Part shown: one piece after another, positions 14,469-29,913 of the stretch | Layout: each line of letters begins with the position of its first letter | How positions within the stretch are numbered: the stretch's first letter is position 1 | Assembly (NCBI RefSeq): GCF_000497125.1 | Contig: NC_090596.1 | Location: 1,488,001 to 1,552,000 of the forward strand | From: Spironucleus salmonicida | Lineage: Eukaryota | Reading direction: 5' to 3' | DNA length: 64,000 nucleotides | Made by a program: the position numbers and the translations under genes | Notes under the pieces: generated by a model | Told to the model about the DNA's origin: nothing | The model's input: the letters and a program-made list of their open reading frames with translations, nothing else | Database searches by the model: none

Positions 14469-15088
14469 TTAGAAAGATAAATAATTATATTATTCAAATA
14501 TTATATTTATATAATATATATATTACATTTTGAAACATAGCAGTAGTAAGGATTACCTTTTTATTAGTCTAATGAGACCAAGAGAAATCTATGTGAGCTG
14601 TAAATAGTGTATAGTAAAATATAAGATATTAGTTTTATCTTTACAATTATCCTTCGCTAAGTATTATAACTTTTTATTACGAATACATATAACCAAAGAA
14701 AGTTATAATTTTAATTCTTATCATCACTAGCCATTATTATTAATAATGTCTCAAATTTACTATTAAGTTGCAGCAATGAAAATAAGTATTCAATAAATTT
14801 AAATAAGGAGTTGTAATTAGAATCATATTTCTATTTAAGGTTAATATAGATTTATTATCACTTAGGTATCTCCTCCTGTATAACAAAAACCAAAATTTCT
14901 TATAATTTTCCATGCATGGATATTATATTAGCATAATTTAAATCTACTGTATTATTGATCTTGGTTATATGATGTCTTAAGAATTTTATTATTACTTTAC
15001 CTGATTACGGTTTTATTTTTATTTGAAAATATTATAATATTATATGACTAAATATAAATAAATTCAAGATATCAATCTAATCTCAAAA

Positions 15089-17467
15089 ATGTCAGCCAAA
15101 GAGCTTTGGCGTTCTAAAACTATGGTATTAACTGAGATAGTATTAAAGCGTGATTCTTCATTCTAAGCTTTAGAAAATGTAATTCCATTAAAATCCTTGC
15201 ATTTCATTGATTCTTAACCCGATGTTCCACCATTCCAAAGACCATTTACTAACAACGTCGTTAAAGTAGCAGAATTAGAAACAAAATACAATTATCTGAG
15301 AAATGCTATCGAAATATCTGCCATCGAAATTCCATAGCCTTAGCCATTTACTGATCATTCTATTTTATCTCTTGAAGAAGTAATTGATAAAGCAATAGTA
15401 GAGCTCAAAAGTCTCTAGGCAGATCTTGTCTAGGCTGAATAGAAGAGAGAAAATGTAGCCGAATAGCTTAAAGTTATACAAAATGCTTCTAAGGTAAATG
15501 CCACATCAATCTCTATAGATCATGTGAACCAAAAAGATGCTCTTATATCAGATGCTGAATAGATGGAAGATGGTCTTATGAATTTACTATTTGTTATTCC
15601 TAAAAAGACCTTTATCCCTTGCATGAGAGGTTTATTTAGAGCTGCCTTTGGTGTTTTACATTTTGAATCAACAGAGTTATCTGACTTGGCTGAGGAAAAG
15701 GAATTAGTTTCTGCATTTATAGCCGGTCAAGAAGCAGTTCGCAGATGTACTAGAATTGTATAATCAATGGGTGGGAGAGTTTATGAATTGCCATAAAATA
15801 TAGTTTAGGCAGAAAACGATACAAAGTCTCAGCTTAATACATACGATACTAGTTTATATTATTCTAAACAAAGAGTTAACGCCATTTTGACTAAAAATGC
15901 TGTTTACATTGACCATTGGAATGAAATAATTTAAACCAATAAAATCATTAATCATACTCTAAATATGTTTACTATTGATAATAGTTATATGCGTGTAACA
16001 GCTTATGTACCAGAAGAGCGATTTGATTTAGTAAAACAACATATAGAGGGATAATTTTAAGGAATGTAATAATTAGGAAGTTCGATAAGAATTATTCCAA
16101 AAGAAAGTTACACCCCTGAGTAACTTAAGACTTAACCTCCAACCTAATTTAACACTAACAAATATACTCATGTATTTTAGAATATTGTTAATTCATATGG
16201 TATTCCTTGTTATAAAGAAATTAATCCAGCATTCTTTTACTTGTATTAATTCCCATTCACTTTCTCGATTATGTTTGGTGATATTGGTCATGGTATTATT
16301 AATGCCCTTATTTCAATGCTTATGTTAATTTTCGAAAAAAGATTACTTAAAGTACGTAACGATATGTTTGAGCTAATTTTCATGGGTCGTTATATCATTT
16401 TCATGATGTCATTATATTCTATAATCTCCGGATTTATGTATAATGATATTTTTGCTCTAGGATTTAATATGTTTAATACAAAATATAACGTATATTAAAG
16501 TCCAATGACTCATACTGGTCCTAATCCTACTTACAATTTTGGTATCGATCCAGCTTGGCATTGGGCTGGTAACTCTATGATCTTCTTGAATTCTTATAAA
16601 ATGAAAGTATCTATTGTTATCGGTATTTCTTAAATGCTATTCGGTCTTATTATTAAGTGTGTTAATCTTGTTAATCAAAAGAAATACATAGATATATTTT
16701 TAGTTTGGATCCCTGAATTCTTCTTTATGTTTAGTTTCTTTGGATATATGGTTTTCTGTATTATATTCAAGTGGTTTGTTAATTGGCCTGGAACTCCAGA
16801 TAATACCAGATCCCCAACTGTCAATGAACCTGCTCCTCCTGCACTAATAAATATGTTAATTTAAATTTTCTTAAGCCCTGGATCAATTGATCCCTCTAAT
16901 TAATTATTCTCCGATATTGATTTCTAAACAAATCTCTAATTAGGAATTTTTGCAGTGGCAGTACTTATGGTAGTTTGGTTAGCCGTGGCAGAGCCAGTTC
17001 ATAAAATTATACACAAAAAGCGTCACCCAGATCCTAATGATGATTCTGGTGTTGGTGATATTATCGTTTAATAAGTAATCCATACCATTGAATATGTATT
17101 AGGAACTATTTCTCATACTGCTTCTTATTTACGTCTTTGGGCTCTTTCTCTTGCTCACGCCTAACTTGCTGAGGTTTTCTTTGATTAGCTTATTGGTTTA
17201 ACAATGGGTATGGTTAAGCCTGGTGATACTGGTTCATATATCATAGCTGGTCTTTCAACAATTATATCTTATGGCGGATGGTTTGGTGCCTCTATTGGTG
17301 TTTTATGCTTGATGGAATATCTTTCCGCTTTCTTACATTGTCTTCGTCTTGCATGGATTGAATTTAATAGTAAATTTTTCGTTGCTGAAGGTTACTCATT
17401 TGAAGGTTTTGGTATCGAGTGTGGTTGGCCTATTGATGTTACTGCTTAAATGGCGAGAGTTGATTGA
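15089..17467 (+). CDS. ATP6V0A: V-type H+-ATPase V0 subunit a (792 aa)
   Basis: [82 protein letters not shown]. Confidence 0.96.
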
Positions 17468-18668
17468 TTAATAAACTCTTTTATATTGTAGATTTACACA
17501 ATTATTGTTCATAAACTTATCCAAAATAGATTGTAATAATAGAAAATGTACTACCAAAATGTAAACTCATTCTAATATTTTAGTTTATAATTAAAAAAAT
17601 AAAATGTTATCTTAAGTTTTATGAACTTACTATTTTCTAGTAGTTTAAATAAAAATTTATAGATAATATTAATGAATTCCTGTGTAAAATGTATTTAAAT
17701 ACAAACTTTAAATATGCTGTTTTATAACTTAATATATTATTTATTTGAATACATTTTATTTAATGGCAGCTTTAATCCTACCAATATTATTTACTTATTA
17801 AGTATTAGCAAAGGTTTCTGATCTAATAATGTTGAAAGAATATGCATATTATTAAATATACCAACACTATTGGTATAATTCATTGAATTTTTCTACTAAA
17901 TATTCATATATACATTACCCAAAAAATTAAACTCATGTAACTTTAAATTATTATTGATTTTGTTAATTATTAGTGAAAAATTCTTTATATCACATATATA
18001 TTTTCTACATACTTTTATTTCTAATACCTGTATGCTTAAACCACATCTTTATTAAATAGTAGTAACCTTAACATCTTAACACTATCTATTATTTAAACTT
18101 AGTATACAATATAATTAGTTATAAAAATTCGGTTAAACATATACAATCTTTCAGCATTACTAATGCTAAACAGTACAGAATTTATTAATTTATTTTTATT
18201 CAATTCAAGAGTATTAAATCCATTATTCTGAATATATTTATGGTACAATATACTGATTCCAGTCTTTAATTTTTAGTAGTCACGGTATAAGTACCATATA
18301 TTTTCATATTATAGAACTAAGGATAGCCTTTTCTAGCCTACTTACCTATTTATTTCATACTACAAAATCTGATCAATATATAAGGTAATACCTACTTGTC
18401 TAATCTGAATTAGTTTTCATATACCGCTAATATCATACATCTGTAACCAGTCACAATACTATTATTTTGTTTTACTGTCATTGAAAATCCATAATTGCAA
18501 TATTACTTCTTATTTTTAGATTACGATTCAATAAAAAGCATAGTCAGTCACTATAAAAATTCATTTATTTATTTTCACGACTTAAAATAATCATATTATA
18601 TAAAAATAACTATATTATCAAAATATTTTAATTCCTTTTAGATCACATCAATTTCTAATTTAAACAGT

Positions 18669-21600
18669 TCATTCTAGCATCCTAAAAAGCTCCGCGTAGT
18701 CAGAGCGTAGTTTTTCTCGTTTAGTTTTCCACTGTTTCCGTTCCGACGAAACGCTAGAAATCTCGCTTTTCAGCTTCACAATCAAAGAATCACCGTGAGA
18801 CCTCTGGCGCTCCTGCTCGCGCCGCAGGACCTCACCACTCAGCGCCTTGAGTTGGTCAATTTCCTTCTGTAAATCGCTGCATCGCAATTCTGCTTTCAAA
18901 ACCAAATTCTGTTCCTTTTTCATCGCTTGATTTGCGCTGTGCGAATCAACCGCAGCGCGCTCTTTTACCACTCGCAGAGCGTCCTGCATCTGGTTGAAGT
19001 TCTGCTCCAATTAAGCCTTTTCATCCGATTTCTGTTTCAAATTCATTAGCATTTATTCTCCTTCAGAGCAAATCTTCAAAGATTTACTTATTGCAGTTTG
19101 TTTTAAAATTGGAAGAGTTTTTTGAGCTAGTTATTGCTGCATTGTTTGCTGAATAATTTGCTGGATTTGCTGTTATGGCTTCGCTTTTTGGGCTGTTCCT
19201 GGGCGTTTTTTGACAGGATTTTAGATTTAAATTTCTCGTTTTATACGTTCAATTTCTGCTTTTTTATCTGACATCAAAGTTGTTATTCTGGCTAGTTCTG
19301 TTATTAACTCATTATCGATTAGAAGTGAGTTGTTAAGATGCTCATAGAGGAATTTCAAAGATGTAGTGATGTTAGTTCCTGAGGATTATAGTTTTTCTTC
19401 AACTTTCTACTGAAGGATTTGAAGACGATATTGAGAGAGATTTCTATATAGAATAGTTTAAATTTTAAGTTCATTGAGTGTGTTAGAGGTTAAGCGGATA
19501 GACTTTTGATAATTTTCCACAATTCTTTAATGGTCATCATTTGGTGTGAATTCAACTAAGTCTATGGTTTTTTACTGATTAATTTATTCCTAATCAACTT
19601 AGATTCCTGCAATTTCAAAAATTTTTGATGATAATTGCTTGTTTGAAATGTTTCTTTCTTCTAGCGCTTCTTCTAACATAGGTTCTGACATATATTAGAG
19701 TTTCAGTAGTGTAAATTCTGTTTCTATCAAAGTTTAGAAGTACGACTATAATTTTTAAATATAATCATCATGAATTTCTTGTCTATACTTTATTTCATTT
19801 TAGATGTATTCTTCAAATTGAGTAAATAGTTGTTGCTCCAACTAGGAAAGTTAATTCATTTAATTAACTGAGAGTGGATTTAATAATGCTTAACTTTTGT
19901 TAAGTACTTCTTTGTCTACTTGCTGAATAACAATTTTACTCGTACTAGTTAGGTTAAGAGTAAGCTCTTATGTTTCACTGCATTATTTATTGATTTTGAG
20001 ATTTTAAAATGTTTTATATGTACTTACCTAAATAAGTGGGCCTTCAAGATCAAATTTTCCCATTACATCTATTAATTTATCAAAATGTACAGGGTATATT
20101 TTAAGCTTGAAGAATTCTCCTTTGTCGCTACTTCTAAATTATATGCTTTGTTCTTATAATTATTGATATTTAATGTCATGAATCTGATTTTCTGGAGCCT
20201 TAAGGAACCCTAGTAACTCTCTTACAAATTTACTATATATGAAATGCACACAATAAGGCACGAAGCTTGCGTGCAAGGTACCTAAGAATATGTAAATTAA
20301 ATCTGCTGGGGTAAAGTTATGATATTAAACTTGTTACTTAAATTAAGATTCTTTTTCTTATTTTTGTATAGAATAATTTGCAGATAATAAATTTTCAAGC
20401 TCAATAATAGGTTCTGATGACAAGCCTATCATTGCAGCTAATTAAGATACTAGTTCTCTAATTTGAGGTTATTAGTTTCGTTCCCTACAGGTTAAAAATA
20501 GTAAATCAGTTATACGTTAATTATCAGTCATCATGAATTTTATAAAATTACTGCTTAAGTCTGAAGAAGAAAATGTTTCATAAACAGTTTTTTCTAATTA
20601 GTCTGGTGTTGAATATAATAGTTGTGAATAATTATTAATATATGATGACAGCGACTAATACGTAGATATTCGCAATTAATGATACATAGATTCAATATAG
20701 ACACTTCTTAAAAATTCAGTTTATTATAAAATCGAAACAGCTGATTCGCTTACAAAGATAGAATCCAATTATTTCTCTTCTAAGAAAATAAATAGAGAAG
20801 AAAGTAAAAATGTATTCTGTTCTTTACCTTTTAATAGGCGAAGTGACGGGGTTTTTGATTATACAAATACTGATAAAGATTAGTTTTTATCATCTTGAAT
20901 TGTTTCTAACTTATCCTTGAATCCTCTTAAGAATACCTATACAACATTAGGTCCTAGTAATGAAGCAGATGAAAGGAGAACAGAATCTTTACATGTATAA
21001 TTTTAGCCATGTAGATCTAAAATTATTCTTTCCAAACTATCATATATAATATGATTTACTGATAATTACGTACTGATTTTAATTGGTTCCCATTATGATT
21101 TTCCTTTACTAGCCAATATAGATTGTAATTCGATTTATGTAAGTGTAGAACATAATGATGCCTCAAATGTTTTTGTAAATTCAAAGAAAAATGGCTATAA
21201 AGAAGATTTTTGTTAAAACTTTAAATATTCACCGGATATACCAAAAATATTAAATGGTGAAACAACTCCATCTAGCCCAAATCCTGAAGTAATATAACTG
21301 TCTAAATTAGACGAATGGTGTGATTAGTAAACGTTGATAAATGATTATGATGTGAATGATTTTGAACTAGAAAGTGTGTAAGGCTGTACATTATAATTAT
21401 GTGATTAATCATATTGTTTATATTGGAAATGTGTCTTGTTTCGACTACGTTTTTCTAGACCCTTTTAATTACACCCTACTTATAATCTAGTAAGTAGATT
21501 TTAAACATCATTAAGTGACACCAATTATCCAATTATATGATTAGTACTAGGATCGATAGAAATATATTATACAGTATTTAATGTGCATGGTTAATATGAG

Positions 21601-24600
21601 GAATATGCAGACGCATAAATAAATTCCTCTTCTTATATAGGTTGAAACTATTCATTTTCTCGGTTATTATCAACAAATAATTAACAAAAAGGAGATTATT
21701 AAATTGGTTGACCTCTTTCTTCTTCGAAAGGATTTACTTGTTTCATATTTTTATTATCTAATTTGAGAGTAATTGGCGTATCAGTAGGAAGTGATTATAC
21801 TTATTGCTAAAAACATCTGATAAACGTTAATTTTTATGTCTATTGATACAATTCAAGACTATCTAATGTAATGTTCGATCCAAAATTTAATATTTCAAAA
21901 TTATATTTAGCTGATAGATTAGATAACAAATTAGATAAATAAACTGCATGATTAAACAATCCTTTTCTAATACACGCGTTTAATGATTATGTAAGACTGC
22001 TTATTAATAAAAGCTCGTTTTTATCTCGCAATTCAATGCATTTATTTAATGCTAATAATGTTTTAGAATATTCTAGTGCACTAGTAACCTCATGTAATTC
22101 ATTTGCAGTCTCAACATTTTGCTTCTTTTAATATGAAATATTCTCTTACACCTTCTTGACATTGAGTCTTATCTATTAAATTTCATTTTCACTTAAATAT
22201 CCAACATTCTTAAATTTGACATTATATTTCATTATTGAAGAAGTATCTCTTCCTTCTAAAAATTCTGGAATTATGTCCATATCAATGGTCTAATCATAGT
22301 CTAATTCTATATCTTAAATATCTGATAGAAATTCTAAATTTGCGGTAATCATTTTACCGCAGTCATATATAGTATAACCATTTATTATATTTCTAGTAAT
22401 TGAATGTCTAACAACACTCTCAAATGTTTATAAAACTAAAAGAATGGAATCTAAAACGATAGAGCTTGTGTTATTAAGGCTCAAAGTTACCGGATGAGGT
22501 AGTATATAAATACTATTTAAACATCCATCCTCATTGAAAATGAAATTTTATTATAGTAAGTTCTTTGTTTACTTTCTGCCTCGATAAATTGGAGATGAGT
22601 CTAACAAAAATATACTCTCATCTTAATTAATTTGATACAACAATGTTCTTAAAATATTCAATAAGCCTCTTATTTGAGCTTAAGATGCAACTTTTTTCGT
22701 CTCAGTAATTACTAAATTACCTAAATTATAAATAATTTAATTTCTATGAGTACATAATATGGCTGAATTTATTTCTTCTGGGTGGTAAGTCTTTAGTCTG
22801 AATAAATATTCATTGTTTAATTAAATAGCAATATTAGCTAATACATCTTCAGACACATTATAATATAGACTGCTTAATATTTATGTAAATGTATTCTCTT
22901 CTTCTTTGATTGCATCAGCCCGTTTAAAGAAATCTAAATTATCATAATACTTAGATTTTTCAAAAATTTAATCATCAAATATGTAAAATTACTAGGAAAA
23001 ACCAGAAGCTATTAATTCATTAATTAATACATAATCTGTTAATAGTTAATTATTTCTTAAATTTGCAATTTTATAATAATTGCAAACAATTTCACAATAA
23101 ACAGAACGACAAAATATACCACAATTGCCATTTAATAGTGTTGAAAACAATGGAAATTCAGCCATTGACTCTAAATTAGCACTAAGCATAACATCATAAA
23201 TATTTTATTATTAACTATTATCCTCATCGAATTCTTTATCAAAACTGAAATCTTTACTGGTAAATAATTCTTCAAAAAATTCTATTTTATTGCTATCATA
23301 ATCATTCATTAAAAATTAGTATAAATAAGAATCTACTGTAGATAAAAATGGCAGGTTATTCGTTATTGAGTCATATCCCAGGATTTCCCTATAAGGGTAC
23401 TTTTTCTCACCTAATTTAACCCTACAGAAACAACTTATAGTCTTCATATCGATTTTTGCCTCAGATACTATCTATACACACTTAATTTCACTTAATCTTA
23501 AGAAATGTGCATGAATCAAAGCTTTGCAGTTTTGTTAAAATGAGTATTGAAAATTTATTAATTTAGCGTAAATAGCAAAAGGTAGAGGGAGAATCGCTGG
23601 AAACCCTTCAAATATCTCAAAATTACAATCTTTAATGAGTTATGAAAGCTATGTTTTTGATGACTTATCTGCTTTTTAAAATAGATCTCGAAGGCACATT
23701 ATACGCGAAAATGCGTCAGTTTATTAAGATTTATTATTTGTAGTAACTGCACCACCAGGCGGAAGTAATAATCCCAAAATTGAACAAAAAACTGTTTCAG
23801 GATTTGATGTCTATTATGATTTTATGATTGCAATTGACTTCTTTACAGCCTCAAAAAGAAGAGTAGGATTGGTTAATAGACCTAAATTTGTTAAATGGGA
23901 AATATTCGACGGAAGTGGAAAGCAATGGTGATTTGTTTCTTTGAAACGTTTATATTATGTAATAAAAAAATGTAGGGATGCTGTAGAAACTGCTAATTAT
24001 ACTGCTTGAACTTACTTAGTTGTATAAATCTCATATTAGAACCATTTTTGTTACTAGTTTTCCAGCTCTTTTACTCCTTAATATACTTTAGGGAAAGCTT
24101 CAGAGGAAAAAATACCATGAATTTCTGTACAATGTTAGAAAAATTTTATAATTATTTCTGGTATAAATTTAAATTAAGAATAGTTTTATGACACATCATA
24201 ATTTCTATTATTAATAGTGAAGTTTTCTGTTTATATGTCATAAAATTTAGGTAATGCTCCAATATCAGTTGAGTTAGTTTTATTTAGCTTGGCCTCATCA
24301 AATTCCGTTTAAATCATAGTATCTAAAATATCAGCTATATTAGATAAAGATTCAGTTACCTACTAAATTTATGTGACTGGATGTTCAATAAATTTAAGAT
24401 TATCTAATATAAATTTTTTAGGATGAATATCCTACAAATCAATGAAAGATTAATCATTTTCTTCTTATACAGTTTTAAGCTTAGAATATTCTTCAAAATT
24501 ATATGGTCTTTATATTGATATCTATTTGATAAGGTTCTGTAGTTCTTTAACTTAATCAACTCCAACGAAAAGGGAAATCTCATATAAATACTTAATAATT

Positions 24601-26897
24601 CTAACCTTTTCTTAAATATACTATAGTTCTTATTTCAATATATCAAAGGTAATTTAAAATAAATCCACCAAATTCTCCACATCAAATTATTAGTATTTTT
24701 CACGGCTTTCAGCTGATAAATTTTCATATAATTACTATTCAGTTTATCTAAATATGTATTTCTATCTATTTAGTATATTATCGTATTTTATCTTACAAAA
24801 ATCTTCGTTAAACATCAAGATCTCTAAATACTTTCTACGACCTAACTCCAATAGCCGTTAGTTATAATTCTGAATAGCCACTTAATCTTATAAAAGTAAA
24901 ACATGAATATCTTCAATTGCCTGCTAAAAAACTATTTTTTAATCTAAATTATTATAACAATAATCACCTTCAAAATAAAAATTTTATTTTGCATCCTTGT
25001 TCTGTTTGATTTAATTATATTTCTACTCAAAATTAATAAATTCTCGAAATTCAACACTACTTTAAAAAATTGTACTTAAATCTACTTAATTATATTGTTG
25101 TTATATTTGCTCTGATACTAATGAATCAATTTTAATATTATCTTAATTAGCCTTTTTGACATCAAATTTTTGTACAATCAAGCTAATAATGCTCTATTAT
25201 TAGATCAATTCTGCATAAATTTCACTAACACGTACAAATCTAATCAAATGTAGCGACTTGACTAGTTGTTCATATCCAGCACTTTCATACCCCATTTGTT
25301 TCACGAAAATAATGTTCTTATATGTTTCATTTTCAATAAATTATTTTGCTGCTTCTTAACGATTTTAAGGATTTGCTCCAGTTAGCAGTCCGAAAATAAA
25401 GTTTAAGGAATATTCTGTCTACTATTTTGCTGAAACTTTCCAGGCAAAAGTTGACGGTGGGTTAAATTATGGTGTGAACGAGCCTAATTACGTGAGATCT
25501 TATTGGTTAATCTTAAGATTTTATGCCTAATTAATATTTTATGTAAAACTCGATTATTTCGTAACTTTTGGGTTATATTCTTTGGGATCATTAAGATTCA
25601 TTTTTTATGGGTAAATTCCAGTAATAGAAGTTGAAATATATAAAGGAGGTTAATGCATGTTTACAACTGCGATTTCATTTGTTGACTAAACAGACGAATT
25701 TGTGTAGCCAATACTAGCGAATGACGGTATAGTACTATGCATATTTTAATTTAGTAGAATTGCTTATTGTAAAATGTCAGATGCATATTTTTCAAAATTG
25801 ATGTCTGAGCCGTATAAGTTTTAGTGTTTTATACTTTCTAGAAGCTCGCGAACTAGCTAGTCTAGCATTGAACCGGTTTAACAAATTTATGTTAATTGCA
25901 ACTAATTTTCAGTTAATTTTTCATCTTCAAATTTTGTATTAATATCTGAAATTTGTGATATTATATCGATAATATCAATTGGATTATATAAATAAAATGC
26001 TTATTACGTTTATTATTCCATACATATTTTGAATACATTTTGTACTATTGTATCTCTATACATGAAATTTAAATGATCGTATCCGATTGAAATAACTTCT
26101 GAGAAATATTATTTGCTTTTTAAACTCTTGAAAATCCGTTACACGTCATCAATAGAAAGAAAGTGATCAGAAGATTGTAAAACTTGTTGTACGTATAAAT
26201 TATTTTCAAATAGCGTATTCGAAATTTTATTTTCAAACTTATTAACTTCATTAATATTCATTAAATTAATACTCTCTACACTTATCGATGTTATATCAAA
26301 GAATTCAGCCAGAGTTTTTTCAGGTAAATTAATTGAGGCATGTTAACAAAGAGATAACACTCTTGTTAGCAATTCTAAGTGCCAATTTTTATGTCTAGAA
26401 AGTTCTACATAACCTATTTCTATACCATTAATTAATCCAAAAGTTTGACCTCTTCTTAAAATAGCCAATTGTTCATTTTTTATTTCTTTTAAGAAACTTA
26501 ATGAATTTTAACAAATAAAATCCAAAAATACAGATACAGAGCTGACTGGCTAAGATGAAGCTTTTAATATCTCTGAAGTTAAGTGTTAAGAATATTAAGG
26601 TGGGAATGCAGGTGCTTAATCGTAACTAATATCATTTAAATCTTCTTTGCATGTGATCTTTTTAGGAACTGGAAAGTTTCTAGATATTGCTTTATGTACA
26701 TCTGATGGCAGTGATACATGTTATGGGTTTTAATCTGGTAATGGAAAATTTAAATGTGCTCTTTCAGAAATAGATTAAAATGTTGTCTAAACATTAGCTT
26801 TATGGAGTAATACTAGAGATTGGTTAACATTTGTTTAACTTTGTTCGGTTAATGCTGCTGTTTAACTTATTAATTTTCCTAGGAGTTAGATGTCCAT
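18669..26897 (-). CDS. Very large hypothetical protein (~2740 aa) with C-terminal coiled coil
   Basis: ATG 26897 and TGA 18669 are in the same frame as track ORF 18669..19010. Sampled internal stretches read as protein under TAR=Gln; not every codon was checked. Confidence 0.6.
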
Positions 26898-27107
26898 AAA
26901 TTGTAATTGGGAAATATATCATACATAATATAATAAATGTTAAATTATTTTAATTTTAGAATGTTGAAAATATGTTTAAAATTGGCAGTATAACTATATT
27001 ATATTTTTAAACAGCTATATGTTAGGTGCTTAGCATTAATGTTAATCAAATAAATTTTGTTTTATATATTATATATTAATATATAAATAACAATATCTAA
27101 AAGTAAA

Positions 27108-27632
27108 ATGAACCACTTAATTAAGCTAGCTAAAACCCGACCTGTATCTTTCCTCTCTGACACCTAAGTCCTAACATATTTCTAATCACCCAATATATAC
27201 CCTTTCAACTCAGCTCCGCTAAAGGTTTATATCACAATTCCTCCTAATTTTCCTGAAAAATCTCCTTCGGTAGGGCTTGAGCCTAGACGGATATGGCATC
27301 CAAATGTAGACTTCTATTCAGGTTCTGTTTGTGCAGATGTAATTGGAGAGAAGTGGCATGCAGAATCACTTGTTTATGTATTAGAATATGCACTTCCACA
27401 GCTTCTTTCTGAACCAAATTTTGTAGATCCATTGAATTTCGAAGTTAAATAGAACGATTGGAAAGAAAAAGCTTATTCATTAATTAAAGATATTGTAATT
27501 AGTAATGAAATTTGGAATGTAGACATTGCTTTTTGGAGTAAATTTGATAAGTTTTTACAAGCTGAGAACGTTAAATAGAAAGAAACTGGCGACTTTATAT
27601 TTATAGACGACTGTGATCTTGATTTAGACTGA
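27108..27632 (+). CDS. Ubiquitin-conjugating enzyme E2, Ubc8/UBE2H-like (174 aa)
   Basis: PPNFPEKSPSVG...IWHPNVDFYSGSVCADVI...LPQLLSEPNFVDPLN, with an acidic tail. Confidence 0.88.
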
Positions 27633-27644
27633 AAAATAAATCTG

Positions 27645-28100
27645 TCACTAACTTAAATCCTAAATAGCTGCAAAGAGTATTTATTCATCTAATTTTTCTA
27701 TTGCGGCTATACCATACCATGTATTTCCCATTACACCTAATGCACATTCTTTAACCTCAAAAACAAACTACTAAATATCAAAAACTCCCACTGATCCTTT
27801 TTTAAGTAAATCTAATAATTCTCTAAGTTTAAAAACTAGGACATTTTTTTATAAAATTGACTATGTTGATAATTTCTATTGTATAAAAATTATTGCATTT
27901 CTGAGTTAACTTTAAAGATTCATAGATGCAAGCTGTTAAACAAGCGATTCCGACGAAAGTTATAAAACTTGTAATTCTATACTAATGGATTTAATAACAT
28001 TTACCAACTACGGTTAAATACTTTCTGCGATAGAGAAATCATTAATTAATCTTCTTTATAAAATTTCTAGAAGTCTTACATAGGTGATAATTCGTTTCAT
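27645..28100 (-). CDS. Small hypothetical protein (151 aa)
   Basis: ATG to in-frame TGA within AGTGA. Confidence 0.55.
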
Positions 28101-28207
28101 TTTTAATTTAACAATATTAATATATATTTTATAATTATATGGTATCTTTATTTTGTTATTTATTTAATATTATATAATAAGTTTTTCATAACATTTTATT
28201 TTACTAA

Positions 28208-28474
28208 ATGTCTAGAGTTGATTTTTTTGTAGAATGCCTATATAAAATCTTAAATGTTGATAACGTTGAGGATGCACAATAATTATTACTGTAATCTATA
28301 ATTAATGATGATGCTATAGCATTTTACACGAACTAACCATCTGCTTAAATAAATTTAAATATATTAGATATTGATGATATGCCATTTGAAGAAATGCAAC
28401 TTGAAAATAACATTTAGCAAGAAAGAACATTTTAATCTCTGCTAGATGAGCTTAGAATGACTACAGAAAAGTGA
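28208..28474 (+). CDS. Small acidic hypothetical protein (88 aa)
   Basis: MSRVDFFVECLYKILNVDNVEDAQQLL...LRMTTEK-TGA (AGTGA). Confidence 0.5.
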
Positions 28475-28854
28475 TTTGTCTGGGTATTAATAGATATATA
28501 TTTATTAGGCAATCAAAACTCACATTCTTATTATTATTAATAAGAAAAATAATATTAAAAGATAAGGAAAATAACTAGGGTTATAAACTTAGTTGGACAA
28601 ATTTTATTGCTCTTGCAAAAAATCAATCTACCTTTATATAGACTGCAGCTTGTCATAATAATTGATAATGTGTATTGAATTTAACTTAGTAGCCATTAGA
28701 TCTAACTTAATATTTATGTCATTTAATTTATTTTATTATAAGGTCATTGTTATAAAATTAAATTATATATAAATTTATATAATATGATAATAAAAATAAT
28801 TTATGATAAATAATAATAAACAATACTATTAGCTATAAATAATTAATTCTTAAA

Positions 28855-29241
28855 ATGACATCGATCTGTTTCTCATAAAATTTAGAGATATCAGATGAAT
28901 TTGAACTTATTAAGAGCAATAAAAGTTTTAGTGTATAGCTACATAAATAATTTACTATCCCTGTAGTTACTTTCAAAGCTAAAAATATTTATAAACCATT
29001 TAAAAGTACTATTATTAAATCTAATAATGTAAAAAGCAAATAGGTATATGAAACAATAAAATTAGATGATTTTAAGTAAAACATAGTAAATTAACTTTCT
29101 ATAAGTAGAGATCTTATAGGGAAAATTAAATGGATTGAAAGATAAATAAACGTTATTGACGATATGATATTAAACTTAATAATAAGAATAGATAATACAA
29201 GAGTAAAGACATTAGCAAAACATAGGCAATAAGTGGGATGA
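28855..29241 (+). CDS. Small hypothetical protein (128 aa)
   Basis: ATG after an AT-rich leader; in-frame TGA with AGTGA just downstream. Confidence 0.45.
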
Positions 29242-29913
29242 AAATAAGTGATTTAATATTTTATCTAATATAAATTGTGTTTAATCTGCTTATTTATTAT
29301 TAAATTTAGATCTAACTACTTCTTTAATACGGCATTTAAAACTCTACAGTAAGTATATCTCACAACTTAATTAGGTATATTTATTAAATTTGATTTTAAA
29401 TTATATTACTGTTATTTTTATTTTTATAAAGATAAAACAATAGTAAGCAATTAGAATATCAAAATTTGTCGACATATATGTAGAAGCTAATATTAATTAT
29501 TTCTAAAACATTAACAAATAAGTACGATATTATGCAATCTTTTTATTTAGTAAAGCATAAATGTCTGGGACAATTTTATTATGAAATATCATAGTAAAAG
29601 AATTACTTCTTTTATGAATATATTATAACTATCTAATAGTAAATATTACTTTATGCTATTCAAATTTAATTATTTTCAATAGATAACTAATTCAAATAAT
29701 ATTCATATATTAATATATACTATTAATAATAGCTTAAACTTAACTTTTTAGCTATATATCCAAGCACCTTATGAATCTGGATTCTTTCTTATCAATAAAA
29801 TTGGACAATAAACTAAGAAATTAAAATTATTATATAATTAAAATAATATAAATATAAATTTATTTAATAATATTATACTATATTTATTATATTTATTACA
29901 CGAATTTTATTAA

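Noticed and set aside
14572-14959. ~129-codon ATG-to-TGA frame upstream of V-ATPase a
   Set aside because: AT-rich I/Y/F/L composition with no motifs and no AGTGA; frames this long arise easily with only one stop codon.
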